Positions 26,201-37,655 of a stretch of DNA of 64,000 nt are shown one piece after another (the first letter of the stretch is position 1; each line of letters starts with the position of its first letter). The position numbers were made by a program, and so were the translations under genes. The notes beneath the pieces are model-generated. The model worked only from the letters and a program-made list of their open reading frames with translations, was not told where the DNA came from and made no database searches. The stretch is from Tubulanus polymorphus (lineage: Eukaryota; Animalia; Nemertea): NCBI RefSeq assembly GCF_964204645.1, contig NC_134031.1:5456001-5520000 (forward strand). Direction: 5' to 3'.

Positions 26201-28987
26201 AACCTTATCATTCTCGATATCGTATCAGTCGTGGGTGGATTACATAACTCGACAATTCTGAACGAATCCCGAATACGAGCGAAATATCACGCAGAACATT
26301 GAGCGAAAACTCACAATATCAACTTAACCCTTCTCAATGCTGACTATATAATACCCTATAGTGCAGGAGATAATTTGAAAATTTAAAAAAATTCCATACC
26401 AGTGTGTTGAATAATAGGAATACCACTATAGTGCGTCTATATTGCGGCGCGGTGTAACGTTAGTTACTGATATTTCACTATGTTTGACACATGCTGCCAT
26501 TTTTCAAGAGAGATAATTACTAATTACTAATAACATCAATACACCGCAGTGCGGTGTACTATCACTGATCTATCACTGATTTATACACCGCACTACGGTG
26601 TAGACGCACTGAATGGGTTAAACAACTGCTATTGCTTTTTTTTCTCACATCTCGGGCGGAATACTTCCACCCATGTTCAGAGTTTCATATTCGAAAAAAT
26701 TTTCGAATTTATTCGATTTTCAAATAAACTGCGAAGATGGATGGGAGTTAGGTAAATAAAAACAAACAATAGCAGTCGTTAAGCTAGATGATATTCAAAA
26801 TTGGAGACAGTCTGAACTATTTACAGCGTACGAGCTGAGATGTCATCACTAACGAGTAATTTACCGGCAGACACGCCGCTTCGCGATCAATGTTAGTTTG
26901 TCTCGAAATGGCGAGATCGCCCCTTCGTGCACGTCGTCACGTAACACGTCAATGTTAATTGATCGCGCGTCGTCTAATCGCTTTAACTTTCAAACGCGAT
27001 GAATTTAACATGATCCGCGTAGAGAAGAAACCCGCAATAATAACGAAGGAATATCAAGTCCGGAAAAATGTTTCCTCGAGTATAGTTGATTGGTATAGTC
27101 ATTCCTGAAAAGGACTGTTAGAATATAGTTGAAACGTCATGTGGCATTCTCTACAGATTATAGCGTAACTATAACACGGATATCGCGTTTTATCATCGAA
27201 TTTTACATGACTTCGCCTCGATTATCATTACCGTGACATATTGTGGCACTCGATGCTCCATCGGTCGCGTCAGATACTGCTTTCAAAAGCTGGCGTAGGT
27301 CGGCCCGGCTTTCGAAAACTATCCAGTTTCCGAATAACTACCTCAAAACCACTGCGATTGGAGATGGAATTTCATGAAATATTGATTAATCAGCTCGAGA
27401 TTCATTCCACCACTTAATCACTTGAATGATAAACAAAAATTCTAATGTATCTAAATGAAATTTACATGAACTAATGTTTTCTTGAATCGTAATTCTGTAA
27501 GGCATTCGTCTTGTTTATCTAGCACATCGGATTGATGACCTATATAACTCCATTTTAAGTACAAACTTTTTCTAGAGCGATTTTTACCAAAACACCATTT
27601 CGGAATCAAGAATTATAATTAAGAAGAGTAATTCCGAGTATTCCGAATCGGAGCCGCTTTTCGAATGAGACACCATATTGGCCAGAGTGCTCCTTAAGAC
27701 GCCAAAAACCGTCTTAAGGAGCACTCCTAACTACGGCTTCGATGTGACGTGTGCGATTGAGGCGATTTACACTGATCTCAGGAATGAAGAAAATAAAAGA
27801 GAAGGTCGGAAATCCGTCTATGGTCGGAAGATTTTCATCCCTGAATTTTATTTGTCACTGTGATACTGCATGATGCTGGTGTGAACTACAAGTATTTCCG
27901 CAAACGTGATAAACAATCTATATGCTGGCAGAGTTGCCAGTGGGATGTGGCTTATACTAAAAATCTGGTGGGTTTTTGGAGCCTCGGGAATCCCGGCCTT
28001 TAATGTCGCACGCAGCTTCTTTTAGGTTTCAGACAGGAGCGGAGAATCGAGGAGCTTTAGCAACAAGAACATTTCATCAGAATCCTCAACATCGCTTACG
28101 TCACGATCTTCACTAAAACCGACAGCGTTCCCGGCGAGCACGAACACCAACCCTTACCACTGTTCTTGATACCTCTACATCGCGTCGGTAATCATACTGC
28201 ACGCTCCGGTTGCACATCAGAATCAGACGATGGGGAATAAAATTAGATTACATTAGAATGTCCATCTCGCGAGCTCGCGCGGGGCGGTATAGATCTAATC
28301 ATTACTAAAATCTCGTAGATGTAAATTATCTCGTAAATTGACCACAACAGCATCGACACCAGCCACGGCAGCAGCAGTAACACCGACGCGGAAAGCCAAT
28401 TCTATTAACGCTACATCGATATACACATGGCTGAAATGGTCTCGGGAACCCGGAAACCCGGGAACCCGATAACAAGATCTCTACTTACACGCATCGTTTA
28501 AAATCCTGCTTTCATCCCTAAACCCGCCGAGCACCGCCCAGAGCATTAGCCGCGATCGCGTGAGCATTCTCGGCCCGTGTCAAATTAGGCCCGGAGCAAC
28601 TGGTCAAATTTGACCCGACCAAAAACGTCGGACCAGGCCCGAGCCAAATGTTAGCACGGGTCAAATTATTGCGTGTGAATTTCTAATTGTATGTCTAATT
28701 ACAGCGTTAAATCTGAGCAATTCGTACATACCTTTTGTTTTGTCGATTATCTTGTGGACCTCTTTCGTTTTTGGCGCCGCTGACAGAAGAATGGAAAGGA
28801 TGACGACGACGAGAAGGAATATGAGGAAGAGGAAAATCATCATTTTCTCCAGCAACGATCGACTGTGCCACAGGCTGGCGCTCGCCTTGAACACGATGCC
28901 CGGCTCGTAGCTGCGTGCCGGCGGCGTGCCGGCGCCCGAGGCATCGTCGTCTTCGAAGTTCGTACGTTTATATTTATTGCCGGTCAT
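2188..28987 (-). CDS. ECE: Endothelin-converting enzyme-like M13 zinc metallopeptidase (ECE/Nep3 type), 19 coding exons, 771 aa from the common ATG
   Basis: Manual splicing gives a continuous 2316-nt ORF. It has the cytoplasmic [10 protein letters not shown] motif (cf. ECE1 YKRATLDEED), a TM helix, the [13 protein letters not shown] cysteine cluster, [17 protein letters not shown] and terminal CSVW*. Confidence 0.95.
2943..3019 (-). CDS. ECE: ECE exon ([25 protein letters not shown])
   Basis: ag/gt, 77 nt. Confidence 0.95.
3106..3201 (-). CDS. ECE: ECE exon (AYSDWVK...[18 protein letters not shown])
   Basis: ag/gt, 96 nt. Confidence 0.97.
3707..3772 (-). CDS. ECE: ECE exon ([22 protein letters not shown])
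   Basis: ag/gt, 66 nt, ENIAD third zinc ligand. Confidence 0.97.
3863..3987 (-). CDS. ECE: ECE exon ([14 protein letters not shown]...YVINGEH)
   Basis: ag/gt, 125 nt. Confidence 0.97.
4654..4721 (-). CDS. ECE: ECE zinc-binding exon ([22 protein letters not shown])
   Basis: ag/gt, 68 nt, HExxH. Confidence 0.97.
4836..4946 (-). CDS. ECE: ECE exon ([12 protein letters not shown]...[11 protein letters not shown])
   Basis: ag/gt, 111 nt, NAYY substrate-binding motif. Confidence 0.97.
5038..5141 (-). CDS. ECE: ECE exon ([14 protein letters not shown]...LREKPDKK)
   Basis: ag/gt, 104 nt. Confidence 0.92.
5239..5517 (+). mobile_element. MITE family A (piggyBac-like, TTAA), degenerate right end
   Basis: TTAA-CCCTTTCA terminus and shared ~280 bp body. 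Confidence 0.85.
5590..5667 (-). CDS. ECE: ECE exon ([26 protein letters not shown])
   Basis: ag/gt, 78 nt, IGFP motif. Confidence 0.95.
5869..5967 (-). CDS. ECE: ECE exon (AESMVDQIK...[14 protein letters not shown])
   Basis: ag/gt, 99 nt, WMD motif. Confidence 0.95.
6181..6456 (+). mobile_element. MITE family A
   Basis: Shared body and TIR remnants. Confidence 0.85.
7207..7418. mobile_element. Harbinger-like MITE
   Basis: GGGACCATTCATTT / AAATGAACGGTCCC TIRs; relative near 22700-22861. Confidence 0.6.
8128..8456 (-). mobile_element. MITE family B (PIF/Harbinger-like), interrupted
   Basis: Shared core CTCTCTAATTAGGCACGGGCCAAATTTGAC; end GATTGTGGCTTA. Confidence 0.75.
8203..8309. repeat. 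Near-perfect ~50-bp-arm hairpin
   Basis: GATAATAAGATAAAACCCA...TGGGTTTTTATCTTATTATC. Confidence 0.9.
9261..9533 (+). mobile_element. MITE family B
   Basis: GCCRCGATCACAC...GTGTGATCGYGGC-type TIRs, shared core. Confidence 0.8.
10052..10170 (-). CDS. ECE: ECE exon ([15 protein letters not shown]...GFALGAMFV...SKNT)
   Basis: ag/gt, 119 nt. Confidence 0.95.
10497..10600 (-). CDS. ECE: ECE exon ([11 protein letters not shown]...KTALS)
   Basis: ag/gt, 104 nt, NYxxW motif. Confidence 0.93.
10741..11018 (+). mobile_element. MITE family A
   Basis: TTAACCCTTTCAGTGC...GCACTGAAAGGGTTAA. Confidence 0.92.
11118..11378 (-). mobile_element. MITE family A, nested in a family C relic
   Basis: Reverse-orientation body, TTAA left end. 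Confidence 0.85.
11433..11581 (-). CDS. ECE: ECE exon (INWLQLLNK...[11 protein letters not shown]...DDGK)
   Basis: ag/gt, 149 nt. Confidence 0.93.
11727..11813 (-). CDS. ECE: ECE exon ([29 protein letters not shown])
   Basis: ag/gt, 87 nt. Confidence 0.95.
11984..12122 (-). mobile_element. L2/CR1-group LINE ORF2 C-terminal relic
   Basis: Translates [37 protein letters not shown], the typical LRS...GxRSFxxxAPxLWNxLP tail, with a stop. Confidence 0.75.
12125..12270 (-). mobile_element. MITE family B, partial
   Basis: Shared core and one TIR. Confidence 0.7.
12377..12493 (-). CDS. ECE: ECE exon (VLSAYLKYM...WERDIAN)
   Basis: ag/gt, 117 nt. Confidence 0.93.
13460..14010. mobile_element. HINE-like element (same family as 53578) carrying a family D MITE in its GACA tract
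   Basis: GTTCTCGGGCT...AGCCCAAGAAC and GACA repeats; fragments also at ~24720-24840 and 25383-25620. Confidence 0.6.
13803..13935. mobile_element. MITE family D (long-TIR hairpin, CAG duplication)
   Basis: GGGCCAGTTGCTCAAAAGTTGGTTA...TAACCAACCTTTGAGCAACTGGCCC flanked by CAG/CAG. Confidence 0.85.
14598..14888 (+). mobile_element. MITE family B
   Basis: TIRs (GTCACGATCACAC / GTGTGATCGTGGC), TWA-like flanks. Confidence 0.85.
15689..15952 (+). mobile_element. MITE family A
   Basis: TIRs and TTAA at both ends. Confidence 0.9.
16457..16770 (+). mobile_element. tRNA-derived SINE
   Basis: A/B-box-like head, GTGTCCCCGAGCAAGACACTT and AAATGGGTACC central blocks, AGCGCTTTAT tail; homologous to 47081. 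Confidence 0.8.
16922..16990 (-). CDS. ECE: ECE exon ([23 protein letters not shown])
   Basis: ag/gt, 69 nt, DQxGxGLPSRxYY motif. Confidence 0.95.
17687..18007 (+). mobile_element. MITE family A with internal 25-bp tandem duplication
   Basis: TIRs and TTAA; AACGGGAATACCACTATAGTGCGTC x2. Confidence 0.92.
18064..18350 (-). CDS. ECE: ECE exon ([21 protein letters not shown]...RNIIQ)
   Basis: ag/gt, 287 nt, phase-consistent. Confidence 0.95.
20500..20703 (-). CDS. ECE: ECE exon ([12 protein letters not shown]...[13 protein letters not shown]...KNVL)
   Basis: ag/gt boundaries, 204 nt, M13 N-terminal cysteine cluster. Confidence 0.95.
20772..21082 (-). mobile_element. MITE family A
   Basis: TIRs and TTAA. 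Confidence 0.92.
22080..22420 (+). mobile_element. MITE family B
   Basis: Shared core. Confidence 0.8.
24057..24490. mobile_element. MITE family B-related copy interrupted by a tRNA-like insert
   Basis: Terminal GTGATCAC / GTGTGATTGCG motifs. Confidence 0.6.
24191..24260 (+). pseudogene. tRNA-like relic or SINE head
   Basis: TAGTTTACTGGTTAGCAC A box and GGTTCGATCC B box, but stems broken. Confidence 0.55.
26324..26621 (+). mobile_element. MITE family A
   Basis: TIRs and TTAA. Confidence 0.9.
28546..28680 (-). mobile_element. MITE family B, partial, ~50 bp from the TM-exon donor
   Basis: TAGCCGCGATCGC end and core. Confidence 0.7.
28732..28987 (-). CDS. ECE: ECE common exon: cytoplasmic tail and TM ([15 protein letters not shown]...[23 protein letters not shown]...DKTK)
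   Basis: Polypyrimidine tract and cag|ATG acceptor; AAG|gtatg donor; 256 nt. Confidence 0.9.
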
Positions 28988-29069
28988 CTGAAAAAATAAT
29001 TGAAAAAAAGGTTTGAAAAAAAATCGACGAAAATTCGATCGCAGAAACAATACCGGGTTCGTGACAAAA

Positions 29070-29140
29070 TTAATAATAATAATAACAAAAATAATAATAA
29101 TAATAATAATCATGTTAATAATAATAATAATAATAATAAA
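29070..29140. repeat. (TAA)n microsatellite
   Basis: Direct reading. Confidence 0.9.
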
Positions 29141-29813
29141 ATATATATAGCGCGATAATTCCATGCAAAAAAAGCGAAGTTCAAATGCGCTCCTCCAGAG
29201 TAACATCAAGGTATGTATGGAATAGCTGAGTTTCGACTTTTTGAAAATTAGGAACTTTTCCCTATAAATTCCAGATAAAACTCAAACCTTCGAGTCGTCC
29301 AGGAAGTCAGACATATACGTTAACACCTGAATTCGTTTCTGGACCAAACCGTCGTCATTGATCAGGCGTTCGCGTTCATCAGACATTTTCCACTTACACG
29401 CGAATGAATCGGCAATAAAACTATTTCCTTCTATTTGCGCAGAAATGCATTCTATTTCATTTTACGAATCGGGATTATGTTATTTCCGAGCAGTTCATCA
29501 ACGATCATTATGTTCAATTTTCATATATAAAACTTATCATAAACCGACGAAACAAAGTGCTCTCCACTTGCCAGGTGGAACGAAGAACCTTTCAAACGTA
29601 ATCTCTATTGCTCTCATCAAATCCTATGCACGCCCAATTTTAACGCAGTCTATGTATTTAAGTACGGAGACCTTTTAACAATTTCATACACTATCTTTTC
29701 AACATGTGTTCACTGATGAAATCAATTTGATAGCGCTCCGATATCAAACTACCTCGAAAACAGCTGACTTCTGGCTGAATCTGGAGGGGCTAGATTGCCC
29801 ACATACAATACAT

Positions 29814-30087
29814 GAGCCGCGATCGCAGAAGCGTTTTTGGGACAGGAACAACCGTTCACATGGGTGCCAACTGGGCCTGTTTGGCCGGGCCAAAAACGTC
29901 GGGCCAGAACCAAGCCAAATTTAAGCATGGGTCAAATCATTGTATGTGAATTGCAACTGGTTCTGGAAGTGATATAAGTATCGAGTGAGTGATTAACATG
30001 TGATTGCGCTTTCTAATTAGGCATGGGCCAAATTTGACTTGGACTTTATCCAGGCCATTTTGGCCCGAGCCAAATCGTCCCGGCTAT
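29814..30087 (-). mobile_element. MITE family B
   Basis: Shared core. Confidence 0.8.
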
Positions 30088-30648
30088 AGTGTGTGTGCCA
30101 TGGCGGGGCTAGGATTCTCCCTGTAGCAATCGACAATCCACCAGCAGGTCGTAGTCAAGCATTATTTCTACTCTATTAACCATTTCTCTATACACCATTT
30201 CTGCTTATAATGAAAAACATCCCCAACTAAATCATCTTTTTCTTTGGAGGGAATATATATTTTTTTGATGAAGTCGTGGAAAATGAGTCATGCGATATGG
30301 CGAGAAAGCTGGCGTTGCAGATCCTGATATTACGAACTCCAATCAAGGCTTTAAACCGAAGATGGGCTTATATCCAGAGATTGCGCTCGGCTTCATAAGT
30401 TAGATTTGATAATGTGACCATATAAGACTGAGGACATAAGTACATTCGCATATCCATCGGAGTTTAATTGATCATTGATATGATATCTGATAGATGACTC
30501 ATATGTATTCTTCTCTTCGTAGAAAACAAATGCAGTTTTTCTCACATAAACAACCTAGCCACATCTGCTGGCTCGTTTATTAATCCTTTATAGGTAATCA
30601 ATTTATCAATTAATCTGTAACAAACCATATGTCACTTAAGTCCTCATA

Positions 30649-30930
30649 TTAACCCTTTCAGTGCGTCTACACCACCGCCATGCGGTGTGTATATATCAGC
30701 GTTCGACTTTGCTAGTACACCGCACTGTGGTGTATTGATGTTATTGCTTATTAGTTATTCTCTGTATTAAAAATGGCAGCACCTTGCAAACAGTGAAATA
30801 TAGGTAAGTAACGATACGCCGCACCACAGTGTAAACACACTGAAGCGCTTCATTCAATACAATGGAGTGAAATTTTCTAAATCATCTCCAGCACTTTCGG
30901 GTATTCATGAGTCAGCATTGACAGGGTTAA
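30649..30930 (-). mobile_element. MITE family A
   Basis: TIRs and TTAA. Confidence 0.9.
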
Positions 30931-33699
30931 TCAGGTATTTCATTATCTAAATAATGCCTTACAGTTATAAGTTTTAACCAACTCTAGGACAAACATTGAA
31001 GCGCTGATTATATTCCCGAGATTTTCTCCCGTCATAGCGGATAATTGCTTGCAATCGGGAATTAGCCTGGGACCAGTGGGTCCAAAGGATGATATAAATC
31101 ATATATATTTGGCGATAGGGAAATTTTCTAAAACTAACACCTGTCCTTGTAACTAGTACCATTGTCGGAAAAGTAAATTAGCAAAATGAGTCTGAGAGCA
31201 CCGATAGAGGGGGGAGGGGTAAGAGGGTGTTAATCGAATGATGAATTGAAAAAACCGTTCGATCGTTCAAATTAGCGGCAAATCAACATTTCAGGCGAAA
31301 TTCGATTTACGTGCGCGTATTGAAATTGAGCGGCAATTCTCCAGGAAACTTCCGTCCCATCCGTCTAATGAAAACCATCTACGTGTGTTAATACAAAGGT
31401 GACACACATATAACAATGCTACACTCGTTGTTCTGTTAGAAACTTGTTTCCGCGACTGCGCGCGGCTAATCGTCTCGGGTACCGAGGTGCAATTTAACAA
31501 ATGAGATCCGTCGAGGGTGACACGCCCGCGCATGCGACTGCAAATATCCTTAATTAAGTCCATTGATATCGCGAAAACTTATCATCAACTAAGTGCTAAT
31601 TCGGCGATAAGATTTCTAGATGAAAGACGAAATCTATCCATCGGGTAGCTATTAACCAATTAAACATCTGTGCTGTATGGTAGAAGTGGAAAAGTCTTGG
31701 CAGAAAATTTTACAATTTGCATCAAGGCTTTATATATAAGCTATATTCTGACAATCAGGATGGCCACTTTCCGCCCATTTACAAATTCCCTGGATTTTGC
31801 CTGATTTTTCCATGTGATTACACGAAATTCCCCGAGTGAATCGGAGAAATTTCTAGGTTTAAAATTTTACAAAAGTACGTTCCTGGGTTGCTATCTAATG
31901 GTCTTATTGCAGTCAACAATGGTCTTGTCGCATCAGGCAGCCAGCTCTAGACCAATCACAACGCTTGAAATTAGCCAACCATTTTTAATGGTTGCTTAAG
32001 GCCTCAATTTTCCAGTCAGGGAATTTTGGCATCATGAGTGTACTTAAGATCGTTAAAATTGATTGTCATAAGCCGATTGGACATGTTCCATTTCTTACAA
32101 CGATCAGATCCAATCGGATCTTGCGTGACCCGAGTTTACTTATGACCGATCATAAGGTCGTAGCCAATGAACAGCGATGTTAAACATCACATGATTTAAA
32201 GCGTTCCGTTCAAAATAATCGCGGATCTCAGGTGACCTGAGCGTAGCTGATATGCGGCAAACGAGTCTTGGCCCAATCGGCAACACGTCCTCGTGATCGG
32301 ACATGAGTGTTCTTAAGAGGAGTCGCAGACGATCAGATCTTTAAGTGCGACCCGAGTTTGGCTTTAAGCATGCCTAAAAATATGTGCCCTGCATCAGTTG
32401 GCATGTCAAGTATATCTTTATAATCTTTCTTATCTAATAAAGGCTTAAATTGATTTTTTTTTTTAAAGTTTGGCTTAATGATTATTCACAAAGTCTGTTT
32501 TTAGTCATGAATATTATTGTTAATCTACAAAATTTATGAAAAAAATTGTTCGCAGATAGTTACGATGTAACGGAAATTATCTGCCTTCGTATTTGAATAT
32601 GGAGCGACTCTTTACATAGGTAGCTTTTGTGAAGAATTCCGATTATCAAGTTTCCACTTAAAGACCACTTTCATTAGAATACTGCGAATTCATCTCATTT
32701 CAACGACGATATATAACATATGATTACATTAACCGCGAATTAATTCAATCGTGAAGCTACCAAACGAATTTTCAGTTCGTGCAGTTTCCATAAAATAGAC
32801 AGACGACAGTTGAATTATATAGCGCACTGCCATGGTGAAAATTATTATCATCGCGCCGGTGCTTCCGCGACGTCGTCATCGACGACTAATTAACAAACGG
32901 TATTAAACTACATATAGAAACATGCGACTATCGAGATTGGGGGGAAAACGTAGCGAAGAGATTCGTTGAAGCAGCTATAAATTAAACGCGACCCGATACA
33001 CCACCCCGCGCGCACACGCGATGGCGCGGGTACCGTCTTCTATCAGTATCTCCACTTCGGCTATCAACCGTGAAGTGCTCGCGAGAACCGTCGCGAAAGT
33101 AAACAATTAAATATTGAAGTAGGAACTCTTCAAAATCTAATGAAAATTCATGACTACGATCGTCGTTCGTCGTAGAAGTCGTCTGCTGAATGCCGACAAT
33201 CGTTGAATAGATCTCGAGCGCGTACGAGTTATTTATGAGATGGTTTTTTACGAAGACGGTGACTTCGCTGCGATCCTCCGTGCGATTGTCCCCTGTCACC
33301 AACCACTGTAATCTTCCCTAAAATGACTTTTCCATTAATCTATAGTTTACACGGATTAGAGTGTTTTTTGTTTGACTACTGTTATGTTCCCTGCCGCCAG
33401 CTGCCAACTAATCCAAACTTCCTTCGATACGAGCTTCTCTAGCTCCAACTCTAGCGCTGGAACCTTACCTTTGACTCCAGCTACTCTGATCCTCATATCT
33501 TTCACTTGACTGTTAATAGAAAATGCGTTTTCTATGGATATTCTTTGATTACAAAAACGCAAGTGATCAATATAGTATTGTTACTAGACCAGATGTCACA
33601 CATTCAATTGGAATTGGGTGCCATATTGCGTTCCATATTTATTCAAGATCTAAGTCCTATAATTCAGTCACTATATATAGCTTCGTTTTCAGGGAGCTT

Positions 33700-33979
33700 T
33701 TAACCCTTTCAGTACGTCTACACCGCAGTGCGGTGTTAACTTGATGACTTCGCTAGTACATCGCATCATGGTGTATTGATATATCAATAATAAGTTCTTA
33801 TCTCTATTAAAAGATGGCAGCAATAGTGAATTATTAGTAACTAATCATACGCCGCACCACGGTGTAGATGTAATATAGCCCTGTGCCCATTATTCAACGC
33901 ACTGGGGTGGAATTTATAGAAATTTTCAAATTACCTCCAGCACTTTCGGAGATTAATCAGTCAGCAGTGAAAGGGTTAA
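33700..33979 (-). mobile_element. MITE family A
   Basis: TIRs and TTAA. Confidence 0.9.
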
Positions 33980-34577
33980 ACATCGAATATAGAAATGATA
34001 GGCAATAATAGGAGCATCAGAAAGTTTTTTTATGGGCCAGAAAATACCGAGAGGGACATTGCCAATCGCCCCGTTTTTTCAAACTTTGGGCAGTACATTA
34101 TCAGGGGTGTTGGCGATTCTCTGGCCCTAGAAAATCCCAGGATGGTGCGATCCTTTATAAATTTGGCATGTTTTACCAGTGAATTCAGATACTTTAGAAA
34201 TCCAGGCTATCCTAAACCTACGTAGATACTCAATCGATATTCAAGAAAAAATAGTTCCGAACAGATCGTATCAGCAATTCCTAATAAACAGGATGAACAC
34301 AATAGCTATTCTAGTTTGCTACGCATTTACAAACAACAATATATATACTGTAATTCCAGGAATCTCTATACTAGATCTATGAATAAGCAGGCCCATACCA
34401 TGAATTCAGCTGCAAATTTCATTTAGTCCATAGTTTCAAATGTGTTATGTGCCAAGAAACTCACCTAGGAAATATCATGCTGCAACGCCAATAAGATTTT
34501 TGATTCATATAATCGTATAAAAAAGAGCCCTTTCTAAGACTAGGGCTATACTTTTTAGTTTATTACATCGAAAAGTA

Positions 34578-34730
34578 CATTTTTTGATGCCGTAAAAATC
34601 ATGACAATAATGTTTATATACGCAGATATCTATGATGGCGCTATTTAAAGTTTTCTGTGCACTACATCATCAATATCGGCGTTTCAAAATAACGATTACA
34701 ATTGTGAATTTAGGGCGTTTATTTTGCAGC
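34578..34730. repeat. Unclassified interspersed repeat (also 53131-53295 and 57078-57205)
   Basis: Shared TTTTTGACGCCGTAA...ATAATGTTTATAT...CAATATCGGC...AACAATTACAATTGTGAATTT. Confidence 0.65.
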
Positions 34731-35393
34731 ATAAAAAAATTTAATGATCACTTTAGAGAGGATGCGCCCTACGTCATTAATATATCGGGATTAGACTGGT
34801 TGCAAGTGATTTCAATTCAATTATCGACATATTCCAATCCAAAATAACTCTCTTGACTTTTTTTATCGATTTTTCTATAGAAGTGTTATTTTTCACGGCG
34901 TCAATAAACCGCGAGTTCGTTTTTCTTGTTTATGACACGACACGAGTAAGTAATACATAATACTGTGCGGCGCATACCTGAAGATATATTCAAGTAACGT
35001 AAAACATATAGTAGCTATCTCGCAAACACATAACATATACATACCAGGCCCGTACCCAAGGGGCGCGTAGGGTGCGAAATTTATCAGACTACGCATCGTG
35101 TTTCGGTGACTTACCGACGACACTAACATTGGCTTGAAAATGTCTCTAAAATGCTTCAAATTGAAAAAAAATTCTTTGGACGAGAACCCCTCTAGTTTTT
35201 TGCACCAGTTCCGCTGCCAAATAAGTTCCGCAGTATCAAAATTCGCACCCACCCAAAGTAGAGTCCGGGTAGGGGCATATATACCAACAGTTATAAAGTT
35301 CTATGTGCATGCACGGATAGTGGATTCACCACTCACCACAAATATCAGTACTGCTACCGTATTGTTTTCATAGACATGTTAACAAAAACTTAC

Positions 35394-35417
35394 CGTAATC
35401 GAAGGGGAATTCCCCAT
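35394..35417 (-). CDS. Candidate alternative first coding exon (MGNSPSIT)
   Basis: ATG to ACG|gtaagt, phase 0; in-frame upstream stop; TATAAAAA and TCAGT (Inr-like) upstream. Confidence 0.45.
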
Positions 35418-37000
35418 CAGTATATTCTATCCGTAATCGCTGTTAAATATCACTTTAATCTTTGACACATGTTTTTATATCCCTATCTCCCGCGTGCTCA
35501 CGCGTGTGCGAGTGTGTGTGTGTGCGCTCTGTGACTGAAAATTGGCACAGATTGAGCTCACTGGTATATCAGCGTAGTGTATGAATACCAGTGCTGACAT
35601 CTTCCAGGCAAATTACGGCGTTTATATCAAACTGGTTATACATACTTACATACATACATACACACATACATACATACATAATGCATAAAACGATATTTCT
35701 TGTTCTTTCAGGTCAAGTCTATATTCTCTTGTTTTCTATTTCGAATATGCCGTCATTCTAGTAGGGTCTATTTAAGGAGCTACGCATACGCTTTATCATG
35801 AGTTGTTTTTTAAATTAGTATTAGCACGCTTTTAAAAATGTTCATCGAGATTAATCTTTTTAGAAAACATTTCACCTTATCGCTCTTTTACTGGTTTTTA
35901 CCGCCTACTTTAATTTGTGCCATATTTTGATTCTTTCTCAATTGTATTCTTTTTTATATTCCGTTCACCGTTCAAGTTCGAATGCAAATTCACTTCACGG
36001 AAACCATGACAGGCGCTATATACAGAGATTAAAGATCGAACGATCGAATTAACAATTTTTCGATGAGCACGATTATAAAAAGAGAAAGAAAAGTAGAAAG
36101 AAAAGTAGCTTTCTGTGTGCAGGGCCGAGTAAGGCCTACGGCCGCTGTCGCAAGCACCAGTAAAACGGGAAGCCGAAAAGAAAGAACAAATGGAGAAGAA
36201 ATGAGGCTGTAAAGCGCCTTAAGGAATAAGGTGCTGTGATAGGGAAATTACCAACTGGCTACGCCACAATCCAGGGGGCCTCGAGAATCGACCCCTTCTT
36301 CAGGGTGCTCGTCTACCAGGGGTCCACTGTTAACTGTGTGCAACTGTTACAATATGCCCTTCGGATCCTACCCCAGTGAGAATTCTACAGCAAACGAACA
36401 TTTCAACAAACAACTGAAACTATGTACTTACAGGAACGTACACGTAATCCATTTTGTCACCACAAATAAAATCTGGAAGATCGAACAGTCAGTCAGTCAG
36501 TCAGTGGTAGTTGGGGCTGTGAACGGTGACACCAGCCAAATGGCAGTAATAGAATGAGTTAGTTTTTCACACTGACTGATGAGAGGGACTGTGACTCATA
36601 ATATACCGATTGATCTAATAGATTGATATATAGATCTGCGCCGACGATGATGATGATGATGATATATCCAATAGCTTACACTGTGAGTAAGTGGTAATTA
36701 TACCATCTGGACGCTGATTGCCGTAGAGCTTTCGTTATCAGCATCTTTATCCGTCCATCGACATCGCTGATTCCTTCTTGAGAGCGAAACGGAAGCCGGT
36801 CTAAAGATTGAAATTTTACTCGCGCTGAATTTAAACGGAGAATGAATCGATTCGAACTCGCGCGAGTCAAATTACAATCTCAGACTTTATCATAGTGTCG
36901 TCGTGTTGGAACTGAATCCACTGTCTTATCAACCGTCGAATCGGGTCCGAAGCTACGAACCGTGAGAGATGCTAAACTCACAACTGTGGCGCTCGATGAG

Positions 37001-37311
37001 CAGCCGCGATCACGCGGAGACAATTCGGCCCGGATCAGACCCCTAGTCAAATTTGGCCCGTGCCTAATTAGAGAGCGCGTTCATACATGAACCACTCACT
37101 CATACTAAACGGTGCTTAAATAAAGTGAAGTGAGTCACTTCCGGAACCAGTTGCGATTCACGCGCAATAATTTGACCTGCGCAAATTTGGCGAGGGCCTG
37201 ATCATACGCTTTTGGTCAAGCCAAACAGACACAGACCGAGTTGGCACCTGTGTGAACAGTTGTTCCGCGCCTGATTTGGCTCGGGCCAAAAACACTCGTG
37301 TAATTGCGGCA
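37001..37311 (+). mobile_element. MITE family B
   Basis: TIRs GCCGCGATCAC / GTAATTGCGGC and core. Confidence 0.85.
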
Positions 37312-37655
37312 ATACACGATCTGCGCCCCTGATTCCAGATTCAAATTAATCTACGCAACCGATTAAACCTCAGGTGCTTGTTTTAGAGTCCACAGTTACA
37401 CGTCGCTAAATCCATAAAAACATCTCTGTGCGCACTGGAGTCATACCTCTTTTACGCGGTTTGAGTCAAAACTATGTCCCTCGGTTATCATGTGAGTCTA
37501 TGCCACGCGCGAAGCTGATAATCCAGTACTCTAGTGCCTGTAAGCTCTTTGAGCTGTTGCGTAAATACATACAAATTGTTTATAACTATACAACGCGCTC
37601 GGCACGGCGCATAGCTGTCCGGCAAAATACAGTTATCTGATACCAATCTAATTAC

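Noticed and set aside
28988-29209. N-terminal extension of the 182-aa ORF (poly-Ile)
   Set aside because: It is the translated (TAA)n microsatellite and polypyrimidine tract upstream of the true acceptor
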